Assembly (NCBI GenBank): GCA_013265495.1
Contig: MU063882.1
Span: 165,543-229,542 of the forward strand
Origin: Vicugna vicugna
Taxonomy: Eukaryota
Length of the DNA: 64,000 nucleotides
Reading direction: 5' to 3'
The position numbers were made by a program, and so were the translations under genes. Each line of letters begins with the position of its first letter. The first letter of the stretch is position 1. Under the pieces are notes generated by a model. The model saw only the letters and a list, made by a program, of their open reading frames with translations, did not search any database and was not told where the DNA came from. Below are positions 48,731 to 61,759 of this stretch, one piece after another.

Positions 48731-51700
48731 TTACCATCATATAAATAAGCACCTGTCTTATTTTGTGTGGCAACCATCTCTCTACAGAAGAAGTTATTTC
48801 CATCAAAAGGTCCACGAGTGCTGGGCCTTGCTGCGGGCAGCCCTTCTGCTCACGGTCTCCTGGTGTTCACAGCCGTCGCCACCTTTTAATCTGCCATTAC
48901 TACAGATGTAAGTTTGGATGAAGCAGGTGGTGTTTATAACAACTTGTCTAAGCATTCTCACACTCAGGATTGACACACGGTTCCCTAAGGTGGCAGACTT
49001 AACTTGCAGGCAGGCTGTCAAACAGCATACCTGCCTCCTTCACCAACCGGCATCATTAAGGGGCCTCCTCTCAGGGGAGCCAGCACACAGGTGTAAGCAA
49101 CGACTCACTGCAGACACACAGGACTCAGGGCCCCAGTGAGGTCCTGGGCAAGCAGCTCTGGATTGTAAGTTGGGAGAACTGGATTCCAACTGTGACTCTG
49201 TGTGACCCAGCCAAAGCCACTCAACCTCTCTGTGCCTGTTTCCTCCCCCACAGAATCAGGCACATCACCCAGATTCAACACTCTCAAGCTCTGGAATTCT
49301 CAGTGCACATTGGTTTACCCTTAAATACCATAAATGAGTGCAAGGGGGAAGGGAGGTCAGTCACAGGGCAGTGAGTCTTCTGAAAACACAGCCCATCATC
49401 CAAAACTGACTTCAGAGCTGGTGCTGACCTGCTTGGGCTTCCATCCCCATGTCTAGGCAGGGCTTGTAACAATGTTATCACTTTTTAAAACATATGCCTA
49501 AATCAGTTCCTATTGCAGACAACTGGCAGGTGCCCAGCTAATAGATTATTCCACCAGACAGTTGAATGCATTGGCCATTGGTCAAAAATGAGGTCACTGC
49601 AATCCTATGCGCTATAGCTGGAAAAGCCTGAAGAGAAACAATTGTCTATTTTGTAACAAATAGGAATCCATATTCTGGTACCTCTAAATTTGCCTTGCTT
49701 GGTGTGTGGTTCAGGAGCGAAGGCAGACTATGTTCAAGGTCAAGTTGGCTTTGCCCTTTGACTCATCTGTCATGCATTTGACTGCCCATGCGTGTTTCCC
49801 ATCAGCAAATCCCCAACCAGATTCCAGCTGACCTGCTGGAATTTCTGGCCAACACTGCCAGATCCCTGGTCTTTCTCTCAAACCTGCACAGTTGGAAAAA
49901 ATGGGTCAGGAGACTCCTGTCCCAGCCATCTGGACACACATGCTCAAGGGATATGCATAATATGAAGCACATGTGCTTTTCTAAAAAATAAAAATGAAAA
50001 AGGCTCTAAGGGACACAGCGGCTGCAGCGTCCCTCCAGCACACAGGCACTCCCAGGCACAGCTAGCCCTGCCAACCCGCAGCAGGCCAGACCTGCACTTT
50101 GGTTTCACCAGTAACTCATCTACACATTTGTCAAGTGTTTAATGCCTTGCTAAGTAAGCATCTCCACTCACTGCAAACAAACAAACAAACAAATCCAGGA
50201 GGAAAACTTTCAAAGCCACAGTTTCTTCTCGGCTGCAACCCTTCCTTCCTTCCTCCTTTCCAAGACAGTCTGACTGAACTTGGACCTGAACCCACCCTGG
50301 GCCGGGCGCTCCAGCAGGCATTGTGGTTGCTCCCGCCAGCTGCAGCCGGGGCAGACAGAATACCTGAGAACCACTGCCAAAACAGGAAGGTCGGCGCCTC
50401 TCTGAAGGGAGGCCTGGGGAGTATCCGTCTCCAGGGTGACTGCAGATAAGAGATGAAGGGGGCCGGGCTCTCCACAACTTCAGTTACGGTCCGCCGCCTT
50501 CTCCTCATCCAGTCAACCCATCTGATTCTTTCTTCCTTCATTCACTCAACACACATACCGAGCACCGCAGGTATGAAGCCCTGTGCTGGGGTTTGGACAC
50601 AAAGTGGATTGAGATGAACCTCTGTCTCCAGGGGCCTTTGTGTTGTGACAGCCACTCTGGGACCCCTAGAAACACCACCTCTGCAATCCCAGCACAGATC
50701 CCACCAGGAGAGTCCCTGAGAAAAGGTCCTGACAAACAAAACCTCAGGAGGGTTTGAGCAGGGGAATGGGCCGTAGATCATCCAGCCCAGCCCCATCTCC
50801 CGAGTCTCACCCCTCCTTCAGCACAAGCTAGGGCCTCCTGATGCAAGTCCACTCTCTGGCCCCAAGAACATGCCTTGTCACAGCCAACTGACAGGTTGGC
50901 CGTGGTAACTGGCATATATGTTAGGCTCCAATCTAGTGAATAAGAGTAGGAGTCTTTTCAAGACTAAATCATCAACGCTGCCCAGTTTTGGATCCTCCAA
51001 AAGCCTGCCATTACCAGTCTGCAATGGAAAGTGTCTTTGACTAGAGGGTAACTAACTTCTATCCATAATAACAAAATCTGTGTTTTACAGAGAGGGATTA
51101 GGCCAGTAATAAGGACCTCAGGCTGGGCCAGAATATACCAGCTAATTCCAAGGATCTAGCCATGGACAGAGGCAGAAGGAAAGAGGGAAGGGGATCAGAG
51201 GAGAAAACGAGAAAGAGGGATGGGGAGAAAGAAAAAGAACATAGGAGGGGAAATCTACAGAGGCTTAAAATGCTACTCATTGCTTCCCATCCCTTTTATG
51301 GCCACAAATTCCAGTAGACGGTCTGCTGCCCCCACCAGGGGCCCTGAAGTCCTCATTCATTTCTGAATTAACACAACTTCCCAAGGAATCACATAGGAAA
51401 GTGGCAGAAATTCCCACCCATGCTAACTAAGGTCAGGCTGTCTGAGGCTGACAGTGAGGAGGGCTGAGCATCCTGGGGCCCAGAGCGGCCTCACCCTGTG
51501 CTTTCCAGGAGGAGGGGCGGTGTCTGAGGACCAGAGGTGAGCATCCAGCTATGCAGGGATTAGCCCCAGCCCTGACTGACACCAGGGCTGCCTTGCATTC
51601 AGTCCTGGTCAGCTGAGCTCCTCTACTGTCACTGTCCCTGGTGGCATTTGGGAACCATGTTTTAGCCACTGCAGTACCTGCTTCTGGCTCCTGGCCTTGC

Positions 51701-51939
51701 CTCGCTGGCCTCCATCTCATCTCCTGCTTGTCCATCTAGCTCTGACACCTCACAGTTCTAAGCAGGCATGAGAGGGCCCAGCAGAGACAGATGGGGTCCC
51801 AGACCTCCTTGATCTGAAGGAGAAGGGGAGCAGCAGAGGGTTCCTGGCAGAGGAGAACAATCCCACCACCTTCCTTCAAGGGCACACGCAGGCCCAGGAA
51901 GAGCTGCACCGGGGAAGAGCTCTTTGGAGCCTGGAGCTC

Positions 51940-52110
51940 TGGGCTCAGATTTTGGCTGAGCCACTGGCTTTGTAATCTCAGGAAGGCTGTATAACCTCTT
52001 GGGGCTTTCACTTCCTTATCTGTAAAATGGAAATAACCATCTCACCCACATTACCAGGTTGTTTCAAGAATAAAGTGGAATAATATACGTAAAATCTCTG
52101 ACACGGTTGG
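51940..52110 (+). mobile_element. MIR SINE
   Basis: cttccttatctgtaaaatggaaataa core. Confidence 0.75.
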
Positions 52111-52404
52111 TGATCATGACTACACCTCCGCATACATCCATTCACACAACTAAGTCGGTTTTGCTGTATGTATGGCCCTTCGCTGAGTGCTGGTCAAGTG
52201 GGAAACACAGAAGAAGGAGGAACAAGTCCTCCCATGCAGGGGCTAAGAGCCCCAGGCCTTGGCCAAAGCCCACTCCCAGGGCAGTGAGTTCCCCGGTCTG
52301 CCTGCGGGATTCCGCCAGCCTGAGCAGTGAGGTGCTTGGCCTGTCACGTTTGGTTCTTATTCCACAGAGCCTGAGTCAGAATGCAGAGTGGAGCCTACGT
52401 GAGC

Positions 52405-52590
52405 GGCGTTCTCCACCCTAGCTGCACGTGGAATCATTTGGAGCCTTAGAAAATACAAACCAATCGCCACCCCCCACCCCCCACCACGGTGCAGATCAGC
52501 TTGGTCTGGCGTGGGGCCTGCGATTCTCTTTTTTCCCTGAGGCTCCCCTGGAGCTTCTAATGTGCAGACAGGGCTGAGAACCCCAGGGAC
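52405..52590 (+). mobile_element. MER5B-type MITE
   Basis: gttctccacctagctgcacgtggaatca...ttctaatgtgcagacagggctgagaacc. Confidence 0.7.
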
Positions 52591-53739
52591 AGAGGCTGGG
52601 ATCCTCGTTTAAAGCGCTCATCAGCTGTCCTGAGAAGACACTGTTCCTCTCTGCTGGGCCAGGAAGGGGGCTGGGTATCAAGGCTTGGGTTCTTGAAAAT
52701 TACTTCACCTCTCTGGGCTGCTGTTCCTGCATCTGTGAGATGGAGAAAATCACCCTACCCAGACCACAGGGTCATCCGCGAGGGTCACGTGGGATGGTGT
52801 GTGTACAGCACCAGCTGCTTGACCACCTCCTAAGGAAAATGCAGACACCAGGACAACACAAATCAGTCCGCACGAAGGGGTCCAGGTTTCCTCCCAGAAA
52901 GGCCTCCAGCAAAGGCTCCCCGGCCCTGAGAGGCCAGAAGACAAACAGCCAGAATCATGACTCCACACAGAGGCCATCCTGGGCACTGCAAGACCCTTCC
53001 AGGCAGGCCTCCCCAGCACAGCCACGCGGCCCTACAGCAGTGCCGCCGCACAGAGGGAGAGGAGCCCGCAAAGAAGGCTTGGGAAGATGATTCTGCAGGG
53101 TCGTGGTGGCAGCTGGGCCACTGTCTTCATCTCAGGAGAAGGGGGCCCCAGGAAGGGGCTGGCCAGGCAGATGTTCCGGAGTGAGGGTGTCGGCAGGCAA
53201 GTCTCCACCTGCTGGGCTGGGGCACACGAGGCTGCTGGGTGGCACCACTGCCTTGCACTCAGTGTGCTCTTTCCTGCACAGACATTTACTGAATGCCTCC
53301 TGGATGCCAGGTGCCAAGTTCTCCAGGAAGACCCCGAGGCCTCCCCTCAGTACCCCCAAGTACAAGCCAGCTACAAGCTGCAGAGAGCAGCAAGGACTTC
53401 TGTGTTCATGACACCTTCTGTGGACCAGGGGACACTCACCTGAAGAGTCTGGGCTTTATTCCTGAGTAAAGAATATTCATCCTTAGCCCCCTTCGTATGT
53501 TTGAAATTATGTCAGAGAGAAGTGTTTTGTTTTTTTTAAGTACCAAACAGTGGAAAATGTCTCATCTGGTGAAATTAAATTCCATCTTAACAAACATGGC
53601 TCTGTTGGCTTCAGAATCGGCCGAACAACTTCAGCCCATCCCACCATTTCGTGCGCTCCCACACTGCTACGACTTCATCTCCAGCCCTGCCCACACCTCG
53701 CAGCCCTGGGCCGCCGCGTCTAGCAGCCGACCAGGCACC

Positions 53740-54450
53740 TTCACGCGGGCCCTGCTCGAACTCTTATGCTGACCTCACCCTCTCCTCCACACCAGTTCCT
53801 GCGACCTACTCCTTCCAGGCCCCGTGCACGACGCCACCAGTCAGCGGCCTGGCATCCCCTTGTCTTCTTCTCCTGCATCCTGTCTCACCATCTCCATCTC
53901 TGTAGTCTGTCCGTCTCTCCCTCCCTGAGGCCCTGCATCATCCCCAGATCACCCTAACAGCCTCTCAAATCAGGCTCCCGCCTCCATTCTGTATCCCTAT
54001 CTCACACCATTGATTCTCCAGACTGTGGCCAGAGCCATTTTTCTAAAATAGAACACTGAGGTCACGTTCCCCGTGGCCCCAAGATAAAGCCCAGTCCCTT
54101 AGCGTGGCAGACGAGGGCTCCGTGAGCTGGCTCTGACTGCTCCTCCCACCCAGGGCGCTCTCCTATAATAATGTACAACTCTCTTGGACCCTCATATAAG
54201 CCACCCTCGCTGCAAGATTCACCTCCTTCTCTTCTTCCTCTGGCTAAATCCTGTATTCCCCCAACACTCAGCTCAGAAGGAATCTCCTCTGGAAAAGCCT
54301 TCCTGACTCTCAGGCTGGAATGAGAGCTCCCCCGATCCCTGGAAGCCCCCAGGTCCCCTGGGTAAACCGCGGTCATGGTACTTGCCACTACTTAGTAATG
54401 GTTTACTTGTCTCCGTTTCCCATGACACCAGCAGCAATTAGAGTGAGTGA
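53740..54450 (+). mobile_element. L2 3' fragment
   Basis: ctccagactgtggccagagccatttttctaaaatagaacactgaggtcac... typical L2 text. Confidence 0.75.
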
Positions 54451-55129
54451 AATGGCACATGTCATAACGTGGATAAATCTCAAATATATGTTGGGAGAGA
54501 AAAGCAAATTGCCAAATGATTCATTCATCCACATTCAAATATTGATGAAGTGAAAGGATCCATCCAGTATGATTAAATGTATGTAAAATTTTCAAATACT
54601 AAACAATAGTAGAAATCAATGGTGGCTATCCACTTGGGGGAGAAAAACAAAAACACAAAGGCAGGACAAACATCAGCCTCAGGATAGTGGTCACCCCAGG
54701 GAGGAGAGGGAGTGGATAAAAGTGTGGCTTAAACTATGCCTGTAATGCTTCATTTATTTTTATTGTTAATAGAGATCTGAAGCAAAACTATCCATGAAAT
54801 TTGGGGCTGGATAGATAAGTGTCTGCTATATTATTTCCTGTATATTTCAAATATTTCATTTTAAAAATTTTAATGAGGAACCAGAGTCTCAAATGCCAGC
54901 ATGAACATCCCTGAGGGTCTGAGCAGACTGCTGCAGCCTCTCACCCCAGCTGAGCTCCATGACCTGGCTGCTGCTCTGCACTGGGCAGGAATGCAACCTG
55001 GAGACGTAAACATCACTTTTATCTTCGTTTTTACTGATGAGAAAAACAAGGCTCAGAACCTCTAACACTGCTCAGATCACACAGAGGCTCCTGGATTTCA
55101 GATCACGTCATCTGCATGTACCTTCTCCC

Positions 55130-55660
55130 CTAACTACTTCACCCAAGAGTGAGAACTTCAATTAAACAGAGCACAGTGGAGGGAATTTCAGAAACAGAGT
55201 TGCATTCATATGTATTTATAAGCCAGTGAGTAGATATATTGTGGGGAAGAGGAGGGTTCTGAGAAGTGCAAAGCTGGAGATACAACCAAAGGAGCAGCTG
55301 AGGGGGAGACCATGAAGCTACTGAATGAAAACCAAGTGGGCTTGGATTTTGTCTGATGGGCAACAGAAAGCTACTGGAGATGCTTAAGCTGGGGAATGGC
55401 ATAAGCTAAGCACTGTTTTAGGACAAGAAATCTAACCTCAATATATAGGAGACGTTGGTTGGCTCTAGGAAATGGGTGGGAAGATTCTGGAGGGATAAAG
55501 TTAGATTTGGAAATCATCTTAGTAGCCCCCATAAGAAATGACCTCTGCTGATCTAAGGTGAGAGCTGTGGGGTTAAAAAAGATAGGAGGGCTTAAGCTAG
55601 ACAGAGAAATAAAAGTTAAGATGAAGCTTTCCAGGTTTGGGCAAATGGTACAGACATTCA
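55130..55660 (-). mobile_element. L2 fragment
   Basis: Purine-rich reverse L2 text (gggcaacagaaagctactggagatgcttaagc). Confidence 0.65.
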
Positions 55661-56034
55661 GAAGATAAGCTAATTATTTGCTTATTGGTTTTTTGTTGTT
55701 GTTGTTGTTGCGGGGTGAGAAGGAGAAGGTAAATAAAGAGAGGAGGAAGAAACTGGGTTCAGCTTTGCTTGTCAAGGTGATGCCCAGACATCCAGGCAGA
55801 GAGCCAACAGGAGCTGGCGCTATGGGAGTGAAGCTGAAGAAACCTGGAGAAGCAGGTGAGAGCCACCCAAGCATCAGTGATGGTGGAAGGCTCTCTGAAG
55901 AAGAGGGCACGAAGAAAAGCCTGACTGCAGAGAACGGACCCTGGTCCCCCTGCCCACATCAGGGGACAGGAGGCCTAAGAGGAGAGCCGAGACAGTGCCG
56001 TGTCTTAGAAGAAATAGGAAGAGGCCATTTCAGA

Positions 56035-56204
56035 NNNNNNNNNNNNNNNNNNNNNNNNNNNNNNNNNNNNNNNNNNNNNNNNNNNNNNNNNNNNNNNNNN
56101 NNNNNNNNNNNNNNNNNNNNNNNNNNNNNNNNNNNNNNNNNNNNNNNNNNNNNNNNNNNNNNNNNNNNNNNNNNNNNNNNNNNNNNNNNNNNNNNNNNNN
56201 NNNN
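56035..56204. other. Assembly gap (170 N)
   Basis: Read directly from the sequence. Confidence 1.
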
Positions 56205-56404
56205 AAGAGGTTCCCCACTGTCTCTCCACATGGGGACACAGGGAGAAGACAGCTGTCTATGAACCAGGAAGCGGGCCTGCACCACACACCAAATCTGCCA
56301 GTGCCTTGCACTCCCGGCCTCCAGCAACGTGAGAAATCAATGTCTGTTGTTTATAAGCCACCAGTGTGCGGTGCTCTGCTACAGCAGCCTGAATAGACTG
56401 AGAC
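56205..56404 (+). mobile_element. MLT1A-type LTR, 3' half (5' half presumably in the gap)
   Basis: ggacacagggagaagacagctgtctatgaaccaggaag...tgtttataagccacc...gactgagaca. Confidence 0.8.
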
Positions 56405-57529
56405 AGTGGCCAAGGGTGCAAAAGGGTCAAGAATAAGAAATGAGCAAAGGTTCTGGATTTGGGGATCGAGAGATGAGTGAGACCTCAGGTAGAAGAATTT
56501 TGCAGACAGCAGGGTCAGACTTGTGGGACCCACTCCTTCTATAGCTCCTGAGCAGTGGCCCTGGCCTCCTCCCAGGCCAGAACAAGCCCCTCCCGCGCCA
56601 GGCAGAACCAATGCCCAGCTGCCCGCCCAGCACGAGGGCGGCTGGGCCCCGTCCAACGAGCCACCCCGGGGGAGGGCTCCGCAGAGCCGTGGCCGTCAGC
56701 AGTCTTCCTAGATGGCCACAAAGTTTAGCTTGGAGACGCACTGTTTCATTTTTAAACGCAGAACAAAGAATTAAAATGTGCCACATGTCACTTTATTTTC
56801 TAAAATGTATTTTCTCTATATTTGCCTGACTTCTCCAGCAATAAAATCATTTTGGCATGACACTCATCTTACATAAATGAAAATATAATCCAAGAAAACG
56901 GCATTTTAGGAACTCTAAGCCAAATAAATGCTTGAGTGTACCTTGTTTAAATTAAGTTGACATGTTATTTAGCTTTTTACAGTAATGGAGCTTTCTGTAT
57001 CTGCACAGAGCCTGGTGCAATGATGCATGTTCTGGAAGAGAAAGGCCAGGAGGTGGGAGAGGAAGAAGGGCCCGGGCTGCTTGCCCATAGGCTAAGGAGT
57101 CAGGAGGTGAGGACATGGAGGTGAGAAGAAAGATCCACTGCACCAGGAAGCCTGGAGATGAAATGAGAGACATGGCACAGAGGCTCGAGATGGAAGGATG
57201 AGCTATGACACAGTGGCTTGAGTGGAGGGGAGGACGTGCCAGGTGAAAAACATCAGACCAAATGAAATTCTGCCTCCTGACCAGGAGGCCCCCAGCCCCT
57301 TGCCCCACCTCCACCCTGCTCCCAGGACTGTGGCAGCCAGGCAGTCCCTGGCAGGAGACTGGAGAATTGTCTGGAGAACACAAAGTGCCCCCAGGGGAAA
57401 CATCTACAGAGACTGACATCTGGGAGGCTTCTGATGGAACAGCCCAGCTTGCCACAGGATCACCCCACAGGGATGCCCTCCCTTCTCCCACAGCTGCCGC
57501 CCACTCGGAGAACTTTTAAGCAGCCTTTC

Positions 57530-58340
57530 AGTGCCTCATTATTAAAAATGAAGGAACGACCAAAGATTGTAAGAAAGCACTGAAGAAAGCTTGCAGCAAA
57601 TAACACAGAGACCAGAACAAGATAACAGAGACAAAGAAGGCTGGAGAAAACCATATGACGTAAAGAAAAGAAAATCTCAAAAGAAAATAAAACCCCTACA
57701 ATTTATAGGCTGAAAGAGTCAAAAGGAGATATTATATCCATAAAACAAGAACGGGATGTGATTTTAAAATTAACAATTGGAGGTGGGTATAGCTCAGTAG
57801 TTGAAAGCATTCTTAGCATGTAGGAGATCCTGGGTTCAATTCCCAGTACCTTCATTTAAAAAAAAAAATTAACAATCAGAGAACAGCAAAGAGCTCTTGG
57901 AAATTAAGAATCATCAAAACAAAAAAATTCAATTAAAACGGTGGAAGTAAAGGTAAGGAACTTTCCCATAAAGTAAGGAGGGGGGAAAAAGCAATAAACT
58001 ATAGAAAAAAGAAGATTAGAAAAGTAACAGAAGGTTCAGACCAGGAGTTCCAACATCCAACTAGTCAGAATTCAAGAAAATTTAAAAAAACAAACAAAGC
58101 CAGAAAAAACAAAGGAGAAGAAATTGTCAAAGAACTCTGCAAATTCCAGATGGAAAGTGCCCAGGCCAATTGATAAAAATTTCATTATGCAATTTAAAAC
58201 CTCAGAGTAAAAGGAACATTCTAAGCACTTTGAGAAGAAACAGGTTACCTCCTCATATCAGAAATCAGAACAGCACCAAACTCCTAGATGCCACTGAATG
58301 GCAGAAGGTAGAGCAACAGTGACTTCAAAATTCTAAGGTT
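57530..58340 (+). mobile_element. Decayed L1M/HAL1 ORF1 region
   Basis: A-rich text homologous to the 13.2-13.8 kb and 46.6-47.4 kb fossils (gaaatcagaacagcacc...gacttcaaaattctaagg). Confidence 0.6.
57778..57864 (+). mobile_element. Camelid tRNA-derived SINE, short form (tRNA head plus poly-A), 12-bp TSD
   Basis: TSD AAAATTAACAAT at 57766-57777 and 57865-57876. Confidence 0.85.
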
Positions 58341-58342
58341 CC

Positions 58343-59264
58343 TGATTTCATGTTTACTTCCCCACACCAAGCATTCTCTGGCAATTCGGCTCAGGATCCT
58401 GTAAGTCAACTTAATTCAGACACTATCTACTCGGAAGGAGCGTCAGGTCCCACAACTAAGGGCTCCATCCTACAAGACTGTCCCCTCCTCTTCCTATGGC
58501 AGTCACAAGGCCAGGCTGTCACCCGTGCTTCTGACCCCCAGGCTATAAACTCAAGGTTCTGAAGATCCCCTTCTTGGATTCCGTTAACTTGCTAGAGTGG
58601 CTCAGAGAACTCAGAGAAACATGCGTCTCACTAGATCACCAGTTTATTACAGAAGGATGTAACTCAGGAACAGCTGGGTAGAAGAGACGCCCAGGGCAAG
58701 GCATGGAGCTTTCACGCTCTCCAAAAGCCCCTCTCCAACACCTCTGTGTGCTCACCAGCCTGGAAGCCCTCCAAACCCAGTCCTTTCGGCTTTTTATGGA
58801 GGCTTCGTTACAGAGGCATGGTTGATTAAATCTTTGGTCATTGGTGTTTGGACTCAATCTCCAGCCCCTCTTCTCTCCCCTGAGGTAGGGGAGGGAGGGT
58901 GACTGACATTTCCAACACTCTAACCACAAGGTTGGCTCTACTGGCAACCAGCCCCCATCCTGAGGTACTCTCCAAAAGTCACTTCATTAACATAAAAAAG
59001 ACACCTTACAGTTCTTTTTATTTATTTATTTTGGGGGGGGGGGTAATCAAGTTTGTTTGTTTGCTTATTTATTTATTTAACAGAGGTACTGGGGACTGAA
59101 CCCAGGACCTCATGCATGCTAAGCACACACTCTACCACTGAGCTATACCCTCCTCCGACACCCTGTAGTTCTCATCACTGGAAATTCTAAGGCTTTTAGG
59201 AGCTCTATGCCAGGAATGGATGAAGACCAAATATATATTTCTTATTATAAATCACAGTATTACA
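58343..59264 (-). mobile_element. MER21-type LTR interrupted by a SINE
   Basis: Reverse complement starts tgtaatactgtgatttataataagaaatatatatttggtc; internal ggcaaccagcccccatcctgagg. Confidence 0.8.
59016..59156 (-). mobile_element. Camelid tRNA-derived SINE, long form, decayed 16-bp TSD
   Basis: GACACCTTACAGTTCT (59000-59015) versus GACACCCTGTAGTTCT (59157-59172). Confidence 0.88.
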
Positions 59265-59591
59265 TAAGGGAAAGGATTTTCAGCCTAGGGCTTTATATCT
59301 CCTACCAATCAGACGTGAAAGTAGAAAAGTGACATACTCCATCACAGACAGCAGAGGATGATTTGGGATCCAGACAACAGACCAACACCTGGGAGCCAGG
59401 AAGGCAAGTACCAATACCACAGCTGTGACACAGGCCCGAGGCTGTCCAGACAGGAGAACGGTGGGGGGGGGGTCTCTAAGAGACTCCAGGGGGCACTGGG
59501 AGAGAGGCCCACAAGCATTTGAACGCTCTATGGAGCATTTTTTAAAACAGTGATAATCACCGAGAAAATAAAGCAAGTGAAAAAAATGGAA

Positions 59592-60051
59592 TGTAACAGT
59601 TTGAATGGTGGCCCCCCCAAAATATATGTCTATGTCCTAATGGTGGGGATCTGAGAATGTGATCTCATTTGCAAAGAAAAAAGGTCTCTGCAGATGTAAT
59701 TAAGTTAAGGACCCTGAGATGAGGTCAGCCAGGATTATTCAAGTTGGACCTATTGCCAGTGACAAGTTGGCCTTATAAGACACACACAGAGGAGAGATGA
59801 GAGGAGACGCTATATAAAGTCGGAGGCAGAGGTTGGAACGATGCAGCCACAAGCTAAGGAACTCCTGCAGCCAGGAGAAGCTGGAAGAGACAAGGAAGGA
59901 TTCTCTGCCATAGGCTTTGAAGGCAGTGTGGCCCTGCTAACACCTTGATTTCACACTTCCAGCCCCTAGAATGGTGAACGAATAAAGTTCTACTATTTTA
60001 AGCCACCAAGTTTGTGGCAATCTGTTAGGGCAGCCCTAGGACACTCATACA
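59592..60051 (+). mobile_element. Full-length MLT1B/C/D-type MaLR solo LTR
   Basis: tgtaacagtttgaatggtggcccc...gaataaagttc...ttaagccaccaagtttgtgg...actcataca. Confidence 0.85.
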
Positions 60052-60059
60052 CGGAGTAA

Positions 60060-60990
60060 GTTTGATTTTCGGAAAAGCCGAAAAGATACAAGAAGAAAGC
60101 AATCAGGCTACACAATGTGGCTCAAAAATGACTATTTTTACTCTATGTATTACTTTATTACATATAAAAATTAACTTTAGAAGAACAAATGACATGTTAG
60201 AAAATTTTTTCAACATAGGTAACAAACATTGTCTAGTGCTAATATAATGCTAAACAAATATTTGTTTTATGCTGAATTAATTAATAAGGTAGAAGAGCTA
60301 TTAATCATTAAAAAGTAAGACAACCTAAAAGAAAAACAGGGAGCGTACAAACAATTCAAAGAAAAAGAAATACAAGAGGCAACAAAAACATGAGAAAAAA
60401 TGATCTTCATTAATGATTGAAGCAAAGCAAATTTTTAAAAGGATCACAATTTTTGCTCATCACATGGCAGAAATTTAAAAGACTGACTATACCCAATATG
60501 GTCAAGGGTAAGGGGAATCAATACCTCTTACATACTGTCAGTGGGAGTGCAGAATGAGACAACGTTATTGCAAGGCAGTTTGGCAGAACCTCACAAAATA
60601 TTAAACGTGCTTGACCTTTCTCCTATGAATTCTACTGATAAGCCTTGATCCTCCAGAAATAATCCTTCAGATTTTGTCCAAGGATATGCATGTCAGCAAC
60701 TTGTAATAGCAACAAACTGGGAAAAAACCTAAATATCCATCAATAAATTAATGTTTTATATGGACTATGGAGCACTATGCAGGTACTGAAAAAGAATGAG
60801 GGAATCCTAAATGGACTGACATTGCAAGGTGTCCATGAGACATTATTGGTTGGGAGAGGAAGAGCAAAACAATGCAGAATTACATTTTTACAAAGAACTC
60901 TGTTTATGTGTTTATGTATGGGTATGTGAGCAAGCGTGTCTGTACATGTACAGAAAACAGACTGGAAAGACACCAACCTCTTGTTGTTTG
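60060..60990 (+). mobile_element. L1ME-type 3' fragments
   Basis: gaaaaagaaatacaagaggcaac...actgtcagtgggagtgc...aacctaaatatccatcaata. Confidence 0.7.
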
Positions 60991-60994
60991 TTTT

Positions 60995-61561
60995 CTGATT
61001 TTAAAATTAATTGCAGTGTTTTTAAACATGTCTGCAAATTCTCTGACACGTCTTCATTCAAAAGGTGGAAACTAAATCTCCTCCCTCTGAATGAGGGCTG
61101 GGCCAAGTAACCTGCTTCTAACAAGCAGCCTGGGGTAAAAGCGCTGCTGCCTGATTTCTAAGGCAAGATCATTAAAAGACAGCACCATCTCTTGCTCTCT
61201 CGCGCCCTGCCTGCCCCCGCAGCCTCCCTATATGCTCTTGGGAAATCCAGTCACCCCTGACTTGAGGACTTAAGTAAGCAGCTCTCAGGAAAGGACCACA
61301 TGGAGAGGAACCGAGGCCTCCTGCCAACAACCAATACCAATGAGCCAGTCAGGTCCTCCAGCCCCAGTCAAGCCTTCACATGGCTGCAGCCCCTGCTGAC
61401 AACTGCCCAAACCTCATGAGAAAACCTTGAGCCAGAACCATCAGCCAAGCCATACCAAAATCCCTGGCCCACAGAAAAGGCAACAAATAATACATGTTTA
61501 CTGTTGTTTTGTGCAACTACGTTTTGTGGTAATCTGTTTCCCAGCAATGGCTAATGAATAC
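60995..61561 (+). mobile_element. MLT1F/E-type MaLR LTR
   Basis: ccacatggagaggaaccgaggcctcctgccaaca...cagccccagtcaagccttca...gcaatggctaatgaatac. Confidence 0.75.
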
Positions 61562-61759
61562 CTATGCCGACCTCCTCTGGAGAAAAGTGGGGAAGTGGCG
61601 GGGGGGGTTGTTTGTTTTGCTTTGTTTTTGCTTTCTACATTTTTACTTCATACATTTAAGATTGTTTGAATTTTGAAAGCCATTTATATTTAAAGAAAGG
61701 GAGGAAAAAAAGAAAATTAGGCTTAAGTGTATTTTTAAAACATTTTTTTCCTGACCTTA

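Noticed and set aside
55678-56396. ORFs spanning 56035-56204
   Set aside because: Artefacts of translating through N bases.
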